A stretch of 64,000 nt of DNA from Lama guanicoe (taxonomy: Eukaryota): positions 5,509,447 through 5,573,446 of the forward strand of contig MU056063.1 in NCBI GenBank assembly GCA_013239625.1. The letters are read 5' to 3'. Shown piece by piece: positions 1 through 13,700 of the stretch. A model generated the notes under the pieces. It made no database searches and had not been told where the DNA came from. It worked only from the letters and a program-made list of their open reading frames with translations. Numbering within the stretch: the first letter of the stretch is position 1; each line of letters begins with the position of its first letter. The position numbers and the translations under genes were made by a program.

Positions 1-3000
1 TTGGTTAATGACGTTCGACGAGGCAGAGGGATGGAGAAGGACGGGGAGGGAGGACGAGGGACAGGGGTCCAGGATGGTGTCTGAAGGGCTGCAGAGACCT
101 GGGGACTGGGTGCCAACTCAGTGAGCTAACCTGGTGCGGTAGAATGTGTTGTTTTTGTTTATTTATGCCTCGCTCCAGAAGGAATTGAAGGTTACTGTTC
201 ACTGCCCGAGGAACCTGTTGAGGTAATGAAACATCTGTGGGTGTGCGCAGCTGCTCCCTTTGGAATATTACGTTAGCTGAGAATTGCTGACGAGGCGTTA
301 ACCTTATTGGCTCAATTTGGGAATCACTAATGAGTAAGAGAGTGACAAGATTTGTCAAATGCTTTTCAAAAATTTAATTTGTTGTTTTGATGTCTTTTTT
401 TTTTTTTAAAGCAGAGTGAAAAACTCAATTCTAGGCTAACATTCTTAAAGGTCCCCTTGTGGACTTGCTAGTAAAGGCGCTTTGTGTGTCTGTGTGTCAC
501 GCGGACTCTGGGGCCACATGACTGGTGCTGGGGACAAATGGCCCTCAGAGGCAGGAAGGGGGAGGCCGCCCTGCGCCTTTCATGCTTGTTCGCTCCAGCC
601 TGCGCCGGGCGCACATCCCTCCCATTATCCCCGTCCCCACGGGAGATGCTTCTGGTAGAGAAACCTTACTCAGAATCTGGGCGCCCGAGACAGCTGTCCA
701 AGGAGCAGGGACCCCAGAAGATGACACTGCGTGTCGTCCCTGTGTCTGCACAGATGGCAAGATTTAGCCCTGTTGTTCTCTGCCTGCTCTCCGCTCCTTC
801 TCACCTGCCTCTCAACATTTCTTAATCAAGCAGAGTTGCCTGCTGAGTGGAGGACACCCCGCGTTCAGGAAGAGAGCTGCAGGGCCGTCTTCCTGGGAAG
901 GGAGGGCCCTGCTCCCGGGGTTGCTGGTCGGGACAGTCCCCCCCCCCCGCCTTCTCCTCCCTCCGTGACCCTCAGTGCACGCCTGTCTGTGTAACCTTCC
1001 TCCTGGTTCTGTGCTCGGTGGGGCAGCTTTATTCATAGTGTGAATTCTCACATTGCAGGTTCTCTAAGCTGGATTTCCTTTTTCTGTTGGCCCTTCTGAT
1101 CAGTGTGTCCAAGCTGTAGATTAGCAAAGCCTGTGGCTCAGGGACCAGGGAACTCAGCCTCGGGATTCTCTGTGTCGCCCTCCTCCTTTTCCTTCTCAGC
1201 AGGTTTAAAGTGCTTACTTCTAAATAAGAGAGAAAGTGTTTATTTCTAATTTAGATCTTGCTGTAAATCAGTTTGTATTTTCCTGAGGGAGGAGTCTTTA
1301 AATTTATCATGAGAATACTATGACAGGACTTAAAACTGAACCGTGTCCCTTCAGTCAGAGTACCTCTCTGAGCCTTGTCACTGGTCTGTGCGAAAGATTT
1401 GAGTGCAGCCCCTTCTTCACGCAGCCCCCTTTGCTTTAGTAGGAAAGAGGTGTTAAAATACAGCTCAGCCTTTTCTGTTGGAAGGGAAAATCTTTGCCCT
1501 TGTGAACACTTTGGAGCTTTGAACACTTTGAGCCGTAGGCAGATGCAGAGAGGTACCCGTTCTGGGCCCCTGTCCTGGTTGGCCGACCCCCTCCCGGTGG
1601 TGGCCAGAGCGGCTGTGTGCTCTTTGGGTTTCAGTGCTCGACCTACACGTGATGAGGGGTGGGTGGGGATTTGCTGGGCTGGGTTTTGTGCGCAGGCTTT
1701 CTGGGCACGTAGAAGTAATTTCCTGGGCTCTGCTTGCCTTGGAGGTTTTGTGTCGTTTTGTTTTTGGTTGGGATGGGGCAAGGGGAGGTAGTTCTATTGT
1801 GCTGAGAGGTTGACAGTAAGCTCACCAAAATGAATAATTTCGAGTAGAAAGGTCTGCTCACTTTCAGTTTAAGTTCAAGGCGGAATAATGTGTGTCTCTA
1901 CCTATTTCTGGCTCAGCTGTGTTTCGGGAGGTCATGAAGACACCTTGACCATAATGAAACCATGGGGTCCCAAGTGCTGCTGCTTAGGCTTCCTGTGAGA
2001 TTTTAGTGTAAGCCTTAATGAAATTCTCGTCACGCTAAGAGGGAATCTGGGAGCTGAGTACGTGCTGCAGAGTTCAGCCTCTTGTTGGTTTACAGCGGGG
2101 GTTGGGGGTGGGTACAGCCCCGGCCTCAGAGCCCTCGACAAGGACCGTTGACAGTCAGTGGTAAAGCGGTCACTGGTGTGTCTGCCGGGGCCCAGCCCAT
2201 CTTGACCGCAGCGTGTTTGGCGGTCACATGGCCTCCTCACTTACCGACAAACCTTCCTACTCTGCTCTGGAAAACGTGCACCTTGGTGTTTACTCGGTGG
2301 GTTGATTTTGGGTGAGATCCTTAATGCTGGTGGTGCTTACCCTTGCAGTCTACTCTCTGCTGAGTGCAGTGGGCTTGTTGGGCTTTTTAAAAAAATTATC
2401 TGTGTGTCCCTTTGGGGTAAGGGATAACATGAGGGTAACTTTCACGTGGAAAGCTTAGTGCATAAAGAGCCTTGGGACTTTGCTTCATACAATTACAGTG
2501 CCACTAGAAACACATTGAAATAATTACAGTTTGACAAGTGCTTTTGGAAATAATGGTATATTTATTTTTTTAGATCACCCTCTCTTGGTAACCTCAATAC
2601 TTTGTAAGGCTTTAAAAAGTACTGTGTATAATCTGTTTCTGTTTGTCTCTCTTTCTTTAAAATCTGAGAACACCTTCCTGGTAGAGAATACTTACTAGTA
2701 AGTGAATAGATCAGATCTATAGAAAAGCAGTCTGTAGCTTGCAAGTGGTGGCAATCAAGACTTGAACGCAGTCCAAATTTCTTTCTTCAGTAAACAGACG
2801 TAGTAGTGATAGGTCATTTAATGCAGACCCCATGGAAGAGCAGAACTTTAAAAATAGTTTTCACAGTGATGAATATAGTCATGGAACCCTCTATTCTTGG
2901 AAGATGATAATCAGAGCTACCTGTGTGTGCAAGTTGTTAGAACAGTGGTGATTTTGCGTCCTTTATCTGGAAAGGGCTGCTGCAGAGGGGTTTGAGGACA

Positions 3001-4484
3001 CACTGGGCATCGTCAGGCGTGTCCTGTTCTGCATTTACTTAACAATTCTGATAAAGTTAGTGTTGAGGGCAAGAAGGGGCATTATGTACTGAAACTCTCC
3101 CAGGACTAGGTTTTCCAGCCACTCTGCCCTGATAGCCTTCACCCTGCCCGACGCCGCGGCTTCGCTGCACACGCTCATCCTTGAGGAGGAAACCTGTGCT
3201 GTGAAGGAAGGAAGGGAAACACTCGAGAAATTGGGCAGCGCTCAGAGATAATCACCCTCGCCTCAGGCGGCATTGTTCTCTGCTAGTTAAATTGATCTCT
3301 CGGGAGTTGGACACTGAAAAAGGATTGTCATTTTTACTCGAGGTCTTGTTGAGTTCTTGTTTTAGTTTTCATTAGACTGCAAAGGCTCATTAAATTAGGC
3401 TAGACTTTCCTCTTTTTGAGTGAAGTTTGCTTCCTTGGGTTTCCTTGGGCATTCTTCTCCTAGAAAGAGGTCTTATCTGTTTCCCTTTTCTGTAAGGAGT
3501 CTTGCATGACACCATCTCCCAGGCATTTCCTCCTAGATTGCTGTCCGGAATTCTCCAGCCGAGAGGAAGGGGGTTTGTGTGTGAAGGGGAGCTGTAACAC
3601 TCAGAGAAAGCTAACCGAGCTTTTTCTTGAATTCCTTTTTTAAAAATTTAGACTCTATTTCACTTAAGCCTTTAAAATATTTCTGGGTTTTCATGCTGTC
3701 TGCGTCTTTAAAGAACTGGCTCCCAGACACTGAGACATCTGTATACCAACTAGATAAGATGGTCTACTTAAAAAAAAACTAAAACAGAAAACCCCCAAAA
3801 CCAGTGGGAAGGCAGCTGTCAAATGCTGTTTGTTAGAGTAATACAGAGTTGTTTTTGTTTTTTAAAGCTCGGAACCGAGACTTTTAACTTGTTGGCACTT
3901 AGATAAATAAAGACTGGATTGAATCCAAAGAACCAACTTTTTATCTTAGGAATTCTAAGAACTCTGGGAACAAAGTAATGTTTAAGCACTAGTAACTAGC
4001 GTTTTAAATAAGTAAAGCATTTGAGTTTTATGAGCTTGCTAGATAGAAGATAAGGTGCTGTTATGGGGGTATGGTTCTCTTTTTACTTGGTTTTGGTGTA
4101 AATGAAGTGCTTTAGGATTATGTAAAATGAGGTTTTGGGGGCTTGCCATCATTAGACTTTTTTCCTATACTTTTGTGTGGTTGTGTAGCTTATGGAGATA
4201 GTGATACTGGACCCTTTCCAGTGATTTGCCAGAGATTTGCCTGGGCTGTCATCCAGCCAGCATTGCTCAATGTCTTTGTGTGGCTGTCATGCACAGTGCC
4301 AGCCTGTAGGAGTGAGCAGGATAGTCAGTTTGTACCTCTTGAGATTTTCTTACTTTGTAGGCAGGTGGTTAAATCACAGGGAGGAAGGGAGGTTGGAGGA
4401 AAAAGGAACCCTTGACCCCCTCTTTAGCCGTAACTTCCCAGGGCTGAGTTACACGCAGCACCCGTGCAGTCAGAGGTAGGGGTC

Positions 4485-4650
4485 AGACTCCTGGATTGAC
4501 CCTCAGTAGGTCTGTAAGCTTGGGCGAGTTAATGAACCCCTCTCCATCTGTGTCCTTGTTTGAAAAAATAGGTCCGGGGGTCCCTGCCGCGCAGGGTTGC
4601 TTTCAGGATTAGAAGGTGTATGGAGAGTGAACTGACTTCAGCATTGAGCA
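4485..4650 (+). mobile_element. MIR SINE remnant
   Basis: cttgggcgagttaatgaacccctctccatctgtgtccttgtttgaaaaaatagg...gggttgctttcaggatta resembles the MIR core. Confidence 0.5.
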
Positions 4651-7319
4651 TTCATCTCATGGTGTCATGATTCAGGTGGTGACCTTTGGCATCAGGAACT
4701 GTGTATCCCACATTTTGAGGTGCTTTGTTTAAAAAAATCTGGAAGAAATCCCCACGGAGAGAAGATGGCATCTGGGCTGAGTCTCCCTGGCTTGGCTGTG
4801 GCGGGGAATCCGTGGCACTGTGGGGTGTATCCCTGCCCCCCTCTGGCACTGGAGGCTCTCCTTGGGGATGGCGGGAGTTCCTGGTGTTTGGAGTGCCCGG
4901 GGTGCTGTCAGAGGAGGTCCTTCTGAATAGAGCCTCTGTCCGCCCCAGCCCTCTCTCTCCATTCAGGCCCGAATACAGAAGTACTTTTGATACCATCTGC
5001 TGAGTTGTCAGCTCTTGTGGAGGTAAAAGGGCTAAAGTGGTGCAGGGGAGGGTTATTAGGGGCACGGCCATCTAAATGGGAGCCCTTTAACCAAATTCTG
5101 GCCGTGGACGGCGTTTCCGCATTCCGGATTGCTGCAAAGAAACCCCCGAGCATGTGCCGACAAAGCTGCTCTGTTGTCTGCAGGGGGGCTTGATGCCCCC
5201 CGCCCCCGCCTTCTCGGTGCCTGGTGCCTGGCCCTCCCGAGTGGAGTGATTGGGTGATCGGATGGGAGAAGAAAGGATTAGGGAAAGCAGTGGTCTGCTT
5301 TCTGCTAGTTACCAGCAGCTGTTTTGGGCCGGTGGGGGCTGGAGTGTCATGCTGTGTGTTTGTGGAAATGTGACGTCTGATTGAGACATAATGGATGGCT
5401 CCTGGGGCCCCGAGTAGGGTGGGGGCCGAGGGCCCCAAGGTGGGGTTGGAGCCCTGCTCCGTCACTGGCCTACTGCGCCCTCGGGGCCACCTGCAGTGTC
5501 GGGGGCAGAGGTCCGGGGCGAGGCCCATGTGCGCAGGGACTGGAGAAGACGTCCTTAGTTACCCTCACTCTTACCTTCCTCCTCCACCAGCCCGTAAAGG
5601 CTCTGCTCTCAGGCTGCTGTGGGGCCCAGCGGAGCCACCTTGCAGAGTATGAAGCACCACCTGGTGATTAGTATTACCTTTTTACAGCCTCGACTGGGTT
5701 GAAAGCCGTTGGATACTGCATTTATATCATTTTCTCTGCACTTGCTGTCTATAGTTGTGATTCTCCTAGGGTTTTGGTAGCTAGGTTGGTGGGCTTATAA
5801 AAAATTTTCAATTAATTTCTTCTTGATTGGAGAATGACCATGGTTGTTACGAGTGGCAAAAAGGTGCACAAGTCCTTCTCTGCGTCTTCTAGCTAAATAA
5901 ACTAAGTAGTGACTTTCAGATTTTAATCTTCCAGCCCTCTTGTAAAGCAGGCCTCAGAGTTTGTGGACTTGCGACTCCACAGCAGCTCAGTGGGATGAGT
6001 AACTGGGAAACTGTCTCCTCGCAATTTCTTTGGGAAGCAAAGGAAGGGAATTAATAGAATTTGGATGTTTCTGTAAATAGGGTTATTTTCTGATTTTGAA
6101 ATCCCCTCTAACTTAAAAAGACTCCTTCTATGTATTTCAAACGTAACCTGCCGTGAGCAGGTCAGTGCCAGGCGCTGGTGCCTGGGCACGGCTTTGGGTG
6201 GTGGGGTGAGGGCTGTGGGGGGCAGCAGGCCCAGGTGCGGTGTGGCTGGGGGGCTCTGCTGCTCCGAGGACGCGGGGACTGAGAACAGCCGTGCTGTCAT
6301 GGTGTTATCCCCACAACATCACTGTGTGGGAAGTCTGTGTGGGCTTGGTATTCCTTAGAGGATTTATTTAATACACTTGTAAATATTGTTTACTGAAATA
6401 AAGGAACACTGAGATTGAAAGAACCCCGTACTGCACGTATGGATGTGTGTGCATGAAACTGTACCTTTCACGAGTAAGGTTGGGACGCATTGCGCCATAG
6501 TATCACACAAAAGGGTGTTTTGGGGAAATTGTACCCACATCTAACCTTTCTGTTAAATGTGACTTATTTTATTAGGAAGGTCGTTACACCGAGTGTCAGG
6601 TGAATTGGAATCTAACCTTCGTTTGAGGCTGTGATCTTGGCTGAATCTGTATTCCAGCTCAAATTCCTATTGGTCAAACAAGGACGAGAGCCCTGATGGC
6701 CTCCCTAGAGCTGTTGAGGTGATCCGCTGTGTGAGGACACAGACAGAAAGGCATGCCTGCAGAGTATGCAGTGACTTAGAAGACAGGTGGGCCAGACATA
6801 CTGCATTTTAAACAGATGCTAATACTCCCTGGGAGTTAGTTACGTGGGTAGTTTTGCGGTGTTATTAACCACTTCATAGTTGTGTCTGCACTGAAGCGCT
6901 GTGGTTTCTCTAAAGCAGCTTACACCTGAGTACTGCAAACCCCTCGCTTGCCGGTCGCACTTGTTGCTTATAGCTTAGGCTAATTTAGTTGAAGTAAATC
7001 AGGACCCTAACTTCCTCCATATTGTGGCTCATTTTCTTCCCTTATTTTAATCATTTCCCTTTTCTTTCTCCTTCATTCTCCCTTATTTATAAACATCCCT
7101 GGAAATCCTAAATGCTTTTAAGTGAAATAATATCAGATTAAAATGTTTATTTCACTGCTTAAGTGACCAAATTTCATATCACTCATTGTTGGGTACCTTG
7201 ATACGCTGTAGAAATGTGAAGTGTTTATCCGTGAAATATGGTTCCAAAAATGTTAACAAGGAATCCTAACTAAAGTGAAATTAGGGCTGGAGGAACAAGT
7301 TAACAATACAAATAGTACA

Positions 7320-7706
7320 AAGGAATAATCAGATAAATCCAAAATGTGAACCCTTCTACTAGGCCACTGGCCCGATTTCTTCAAAAAATCAAAGATGCTG
7401 GAGGGATTGTTATGGAAGCAAGCCAAAAATGGGGTGGGGGCATGAGGACCACTGGAATGTGGACCCGGTGTTGGGTAATGTGGGCATAATTGTTTTCTCA
7501 GCTGCGGTGAAGCTGGCGAGGGACACTCTTACCTGTATTTAGCATTGAGGTCTCTTCATGCTTAGGACTTAGTTTGAAATGGTTCAGTAGGGAAATCTGT
7601 CTTATTAAGAGATGTAGCTAATTTGAATAATTAGATATTCGTTATATTTAGGATCATTCTTTTCCACTTTTTCTGTATATTTAGAAATTTCACAATTAAA
7701 AGTTAA
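7320..7706 (+). mobile_element. Old L1 (L1ME/L1MC4-like) 3' end fragment
   Basis: cagataaatccaaaatgtg...tggcccgatttcttcaaaaaatcaa and terminal actttttctgtatatttagaaatttcacaattaaaagttaa are typical of old L1 3' ends (recalled consensus). Confidence 0.6.
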
Positions 7707-10700
7707 GTGGTACTTCCATTTTGAGGCGGTTACTCTGCAGATTGTATTTTAAAATGCAGACTCACATGAATTCCTTTAAAGGCATTTCTTTGCCATGGCG
7801 ACTTTTGGTGTCTTTTCAGCTTGCTTGTTTAATCTTTAACAATGAAAGACCGCACCCTGTGCTCCAGGGTGTGTGTGTGTGTGAGCGGGGTGCTCTTGGT
7901 AGCCCCCACCCCTTTCAGACCCGCCTTCACCTGGGGCCACGGGCCCTGCGTACCCTCCACCTGCTGGAAAACTTCCTCCCTTGCCTCATAAATAAACTAA
8001 TGTGAGGACCCAGCCTCTCTGCTATAAAAGTCTTTGAAATGACAGAAAAATGAGGTTTATTGGACTGATGGTTCCTTTTTCCAAGTGAACGGGTTGGGGG
8101 AGCTGGCGGTGGTCACACGGGCGCAGTGGGAGTGGAGTTGTGGTCGGTTTGGGGGTCAGGTGGATGGTCTGGTGAGCAAGCAGAACCATCAGTCTCTCGA
8201 AGGTGGACTGTGGGGGCCTCTAGGGGCCCCCGCCCTGGCCGCTGGCTCTCAGTCGCTGTGGTGCCACTTCCAGCAGTGTAAATAAGCAGGCATTTGAACT
8301 GATTGGGTAGTTTTGAAGGGCATTAATCCTAAACCTCCTGATTTCCAGCCGCAATCAGATTTAGAGCTTTATTGTCTTAAGAGCTGGGTGTTGTTTTTTT
8401 TTTTTTCAAAGTTTTCTTAAAACTTAAACATTGCATGTTTTTTCCTAACTTGTTTCCGGCCTCAGGATCTCCAGGTTCATTTCCCTTTATGTTTCCTGTG
8501 CTAGGAGAGAATTCTTTCCAGCTCTGTCTGGGCATATGGGTCAAGGCGACTTGTTTCCGCTGGAGAGATTTGTTGGTGATAGAAGGGGCTGGTGAGGTGG
8601 ACCTGTGGGTACAGGATCCCGTCTAGAAAACCTCAGGCACATTTTGAGATGCTCCTTTAGGACGAATAAGTCAACAGCCACACATCCTTGGCAAACGTGA
8701 ACCTTCACTGAAGGTTGGCTGGAGAGGCCCTATAGTTTAACCTGGTTTTCACTAGAAAATTTCAAATTGTAAAGAGCATCTCGCTTCCCCCACAAGTATG
8801 GCTTTTCAGTAGCTCTTCAGTTTGGAATTCAGGGGGATTCTCCGCGTGGCCCCTTGTTTGGTGTGACTTTGGCTTTGGTTGTGCTGAAATCTGTTGTCTC
8901 CAGAATGGCCCTGTCCTTGAACTCTCAGACCTCAGGAAAGAGCATTTGGTGTGAACAGACGTCCCACCTTTGGAGATGCTTCTGCCTGTTCTTATCCAAA
9001 CCAGTCCTCTCGGGCAGAGTTCTCGGGCTGCTGGCTCCAGACAGGTCTCCCAGACAGAGATGTCCCCTCTAAGTGGCACTGGCTGTAGGTGGGGTCTCTG
9101 TTGTCCTAGCCTCTTGTTAGGCAGGAAATGTGCTTTAATAATTGCTGTGACAGCTTGGCTTACTAATGACTGGGTTAGAATGAGCTGTAATATTCTGTTG
9201 TTTGTACTCAGACATGTTATTTTTTTCCTTTTTCTTACTTTCCCACAAATAAAACCGGCTACTGGATTTGGTGGCTCACTATGAAGCGGTACTGTTGTCC
9301 CAATCAGGGATTTGGTTTCACAAATTTTTGGAGTAGCTAATTGGAACAGATTTTTCTTCTTTTTTTCCTTAATTGTTACTTTTTATGTGATTCCTCTTTG
9401 CATGTGACTTATTCCTGAAGCTGCCCCTCAAGCATGTGATCATCTTGCATCACAATCATAGTAATACTTTAATATCATAATGGTTTGGGGGCGCTAAAGT
9501 AACTTTCTGTTTGCATTTCCACATCCAGTTAGGGGGTGTACTTTGTCCTTTTCCGTAGGATTTCCATCTGTTTCCTCTGTCATTGACCAGTGGGCTTGGG
9601 AGATGGAGAACATTACTATGTTTAATGTATGTTGCTTTGCTTTTAGTAGTTGTAAGTGCTTTTACCAAAGAATAAAGTGTTGGGTTGGAAAGGACAAAGT
9701 TTGTGTCTCAAGGAGCAAAAAAAAAAAGTGCTTCATCCTCTTCTGACCCGCAGTCTTCCCTGGGTGGGCTCTGGCTCAGCTTTAACTTCTGGTTAAATTC
9801 CCACATTTTAGGCTTTTCCTTAACATTAGTGTCTGTGTAAATCACAGAAAAGTGCACCTTTTCCTGTGTGTTTTTTCCTAGAGATAGGGCAGTGACGCCT
9901 GTCGCCCACCCCTCCCGGAAACCATGTGTTTGTGGTGTCCCCACAACGGGCAGAGGCGTTGCGAGGGCCAGGTGGCGGGTGGAGCAGATGTCTCCAGCCA
10001 GCGTCCGTGGTGCCAGCGCTGCGTGTGCAGCCTCACTGAGGGTTTTAGGAGCTGCTCGGTTGATGAGAAACCCCCCCTTCTGGCCTGTCAGCGCTGCTGC
10101 TGCTCCTCTTCAGCAGAGGACACAAAAGCCTTTTGTTTGCTTTGTGGAGAAAAATGCGAGAGTGCAGGAGGCACAGGGCGTCAGTGCCATAGTCGGGCTA
10201 AGCCTGCTCAGACCCTTCCCGTTGGAAACAGTAGTGGGGTTTGGTCATAAAGCTAAAAGGAGAAGCAGCTGGGATCTTATTTATTATGTGCTGGTTGTGT
10301 CATTTTAGATGAGAAAGGAAATCTTCGCTATTGCTTTTGCCAAAATCTCGTGCCTGTGTTTGATACATGGCTTCTTGGAAATAACTATAATTTACTGAAT
10401 CTTAAGTGGTGTTATGTGACTGGGCTTTCTTTTAATGGGAAAATTAGCTGCTTGATTATTGTAGTCTCATTTGCTCTTGTGTTCTCATTTAAACAAAAAA
10501 GTAGAGTGAGTTTCAACTCCTCTTAGCAAATATTTACTATCAGCTAGGTGCCAGTGATGTAACAGTGAAAAGTCAGCAGGGTGTGGTCCCTGCCCTACTT
10601 AGTGTGCTTACAGACATGTGAGTTTGTTCCTAAATGGAGGGGAAGGGGGGTCATGGTGGATGGAATTTTGAGAAGAAAAGTGGGGTTTTTGTGCTTCTGC

Positions 10701-13700
10701 ATTATATTAGAAATGAACTGAGTTCTCGTGTTTGCATGTTAATAACTTAAGAAGATTGTGGCTTTGTGATGCTCATCCAGTGATGTCCTGAGATTTTGAG
10801 CCATTTGTTGGGGGTTGTATATTTGAAAAGAACATCTGAAGGAAGTAGGGGGTACTGACGACCCTAACAGATGATTGATGTCTGCGAGATGAAGTTTTCG
10901 GGCTTTTATTAATTTGTTATAAGCAAAATTGTATTTCATAAACAAATTTCCTAGGAGGATGGGCCAGCTTCAGTCACATCTCTTAGTTCCTGTGGATTTA
11001 TCATATCACTTGTTGTCTTTCGATAAATCAGTTCTGTTCTTTAGAAAGCTGCTGGTAGTTAATTTCTCAGTAACAAGATGTTAACATAGTGTAGTCGGAA
11101 TCCTCAAAGAAGATCTTTTAAAAATAAGTTTTAGGTCTAAATTTTGCAAAACGTTATATTTTTGTTCTAATTTTTGTAGAATAAAAATATTACACCGTAA
11201 AACTGCGTGGTAATGCAGATTTAGTTTGATTAGCAGTAGCTCGCCTTCCGTCTGGCCTTGTTTCTGAATTGCAGGGTGGACCTTCCCGTCCCCGGTGTTC
11301 TCCTTGCCCCGTCTCCATGGATCGGACTAAGAAGCCAGGCCTGGGCTTCTTGGAATTGCAGCTGCCGCCTTGCGTGGCGCCCAGCCACAGGACCCACAGC
11401 TGTCCCAGCGGACACTGAGGCCCGGGCAGACAGCTGCTATCAGGTGGTGCCAGATCGTGGCAGGATCCAATGTGGAGACTGCACAGCTAGCTCCTTCTCC
11501 GCCCCGGGGAGGGGGGGCTGCTACTTAAATGGAGTGAGCAGGACAGGGGCTGGAGCAGAGCAGACCTTTCACCTCCCCGTGGGCGTGATACCTGGTGGGG
11601 AGAATCTCCCAGACCTCCTGGATGCGCAGTGAGATGGGGGATGGCCTGGCCGTTGTAGTGAGTCCCCTCCCCTGTGCTGTATCACTTACTCTCAGCATCC
11701 CCCCCTTTCTGGCCTATCCAATGTGTCGCCCATCTTCTTTCCTGTCTTCCTCTGAGCTTACAGCCTGTCTCCACTGAGTGCCAGGTGTCTGCTAGAAGAC
11801 AGGGGAGCATCCTCCCACCTGACATTGTCCCTAGCCCTTCTCCCCAGCTGAACATCGTTGCCACCGCTACACCTGTAACTGCTCAGAGGCTGTGCAGGTG
11901 GCGGGCGAGCAGTGGAGTTGTGCGGGGGCTCCAGTCAGTGAGACTGGGTCCTTGTTCACGTGACAGTCTGATGCCCTGTGCTCCAGGACGGATGCCTCCA
12001 CTGGAGGGATTGGACACTAGAGTGAGAAGATGTCAGATTGACCCGCTTCTGTCGTTCTTAACAAGAAGCAGACCCCCTCCATGATTCACTGGAGTCCTAA
12101 GCACGAAGCGCAGTAGCTGAATGTCTTGTAACTGATGGTTTCGGAATCTGTCCTGACACTGTGGTCCGTGGCGGGGGGTCGCAGGGCTCCCTCTGGGTCC
12201 CTCAGGTCTCCCGCCTGTGGTCTGACCTGCCATCCCTGGGCTTTGTGATCGCTCCGCTAGGGTTCACAATTCTGTTGGCTAAATGTGTGCTGAATGGACA
12301 TTGTCCTCATAATATTGCTGCCCTTAGCCTCTACTTGGGTGTGGCCCCTGTACAAAGAGCCCCGCAGTTTGTACTCAGCACCTCAGCCACCTGAAAATCA
12401 CTCAGAAACAAGTTGCTTGTTTTTTATCCCTTGAAACGGCAAATTGCCTCCCCAGGGTGTACGGTCATGTGTCACCCTTAAACAAGTAAACCCTGTATCT
12501 GAAGTTGTAGTCCACACACGTGAAAAAGCACACCCCCCAACATTTCTTCAGACTTGGTGATTTCAGTATCCACTTCAGGGAATACACCTACTAATTGAGA
12601 AGAGGCATAACTGTAGAAATACTTGTCTCTGTATGAATTTTGTTCCTTGTAGATGGTGGGTTGTTGTGACTCTCCTTCCAAAGATCTGGATGAGGTTACT
12701 TTGTCCAAGAAAGGCTGAGAAAGAAAAACTGCCGCTGAGTTTCCTCAGTTACCCCCAGTCTGGAGAGGTAGCACTGGACTGAAAAGCGGTACAAAAAGCG
12801 GAGCTTGGTGACTGAAGTCCTCCTCGGCACTCGTGTCGCGGGGTGTTTCATCAGTTTCACACGCAGGGAAGGTTGCTCTTGCAGTCACGGATGAACGTTC
12901 TTGTATCCCGGCCTGTGCCGGGCTGTCCGCTCACATCCTTGGAGGTACGGGTGCCCATGAGGGGACCGCACAGCTGCACCCGGTTGGCAGCGTTCTTGGC
13001 GTTGGGTTTTCACCAAGCGAGTACATGTCCGATGAGGGTCGGGCAGTGCTCAGTAAATGCTGCACTGTATCTGGGTCTTGCAGGGCCACTGGGGGAGGAG
13101 TTAGACCCGTCCTGGCTTCATGGCGAGGTCATAAGAACAGGAAAAGTGAGGGCTGGGAGGGGGAGGGAGCGCAGACAGTGCCAACAAAGCAGAACCCCTC
13201 AGCGGATGTGTCTGTCTCTCTGCGGCGCCCCTTGAGCAAACAGGAAAGAGGCGCGTGGCCCCAGAGGTGTCCTAGGTTTTGAATCATTCCTGCTTCCCTT
13301 TAGTATTTAAATTTTATTTCAAAAATTATCATAAAGTGAAATTGACTTTTCTCTTCTGGCAGCCCAGGCGCGCGGCACTGAGTGGATCCGTGTAACCGTG
13401 GTCAGAGCACTACACTGCCCGTCACCAGGCTCCTCTCACTGCTCCTGTGGGCTCAGTTTGGAGGGCGGCCTGGTGCCGGAGAGGCTGCGCTCTTCCCGGG
13501 CAGGCCCGTTGGTGGACAGGATGAGGGTGTGAGGCACGGGTGTCGGGTGCAGGTGTGGCGGAACATGGGCGCCTCCCTCGGGGCCCTGACGCTGGCGTGT
13601 CCCTCCCAGGCCTCCTCGCTCGTTTTCTCACACTTCAGTTTTGCGTGTTCTACTAGTGGACCCAGGTTCCCTTTCCCCCTTTGTGCCTGGAGGATGGTTG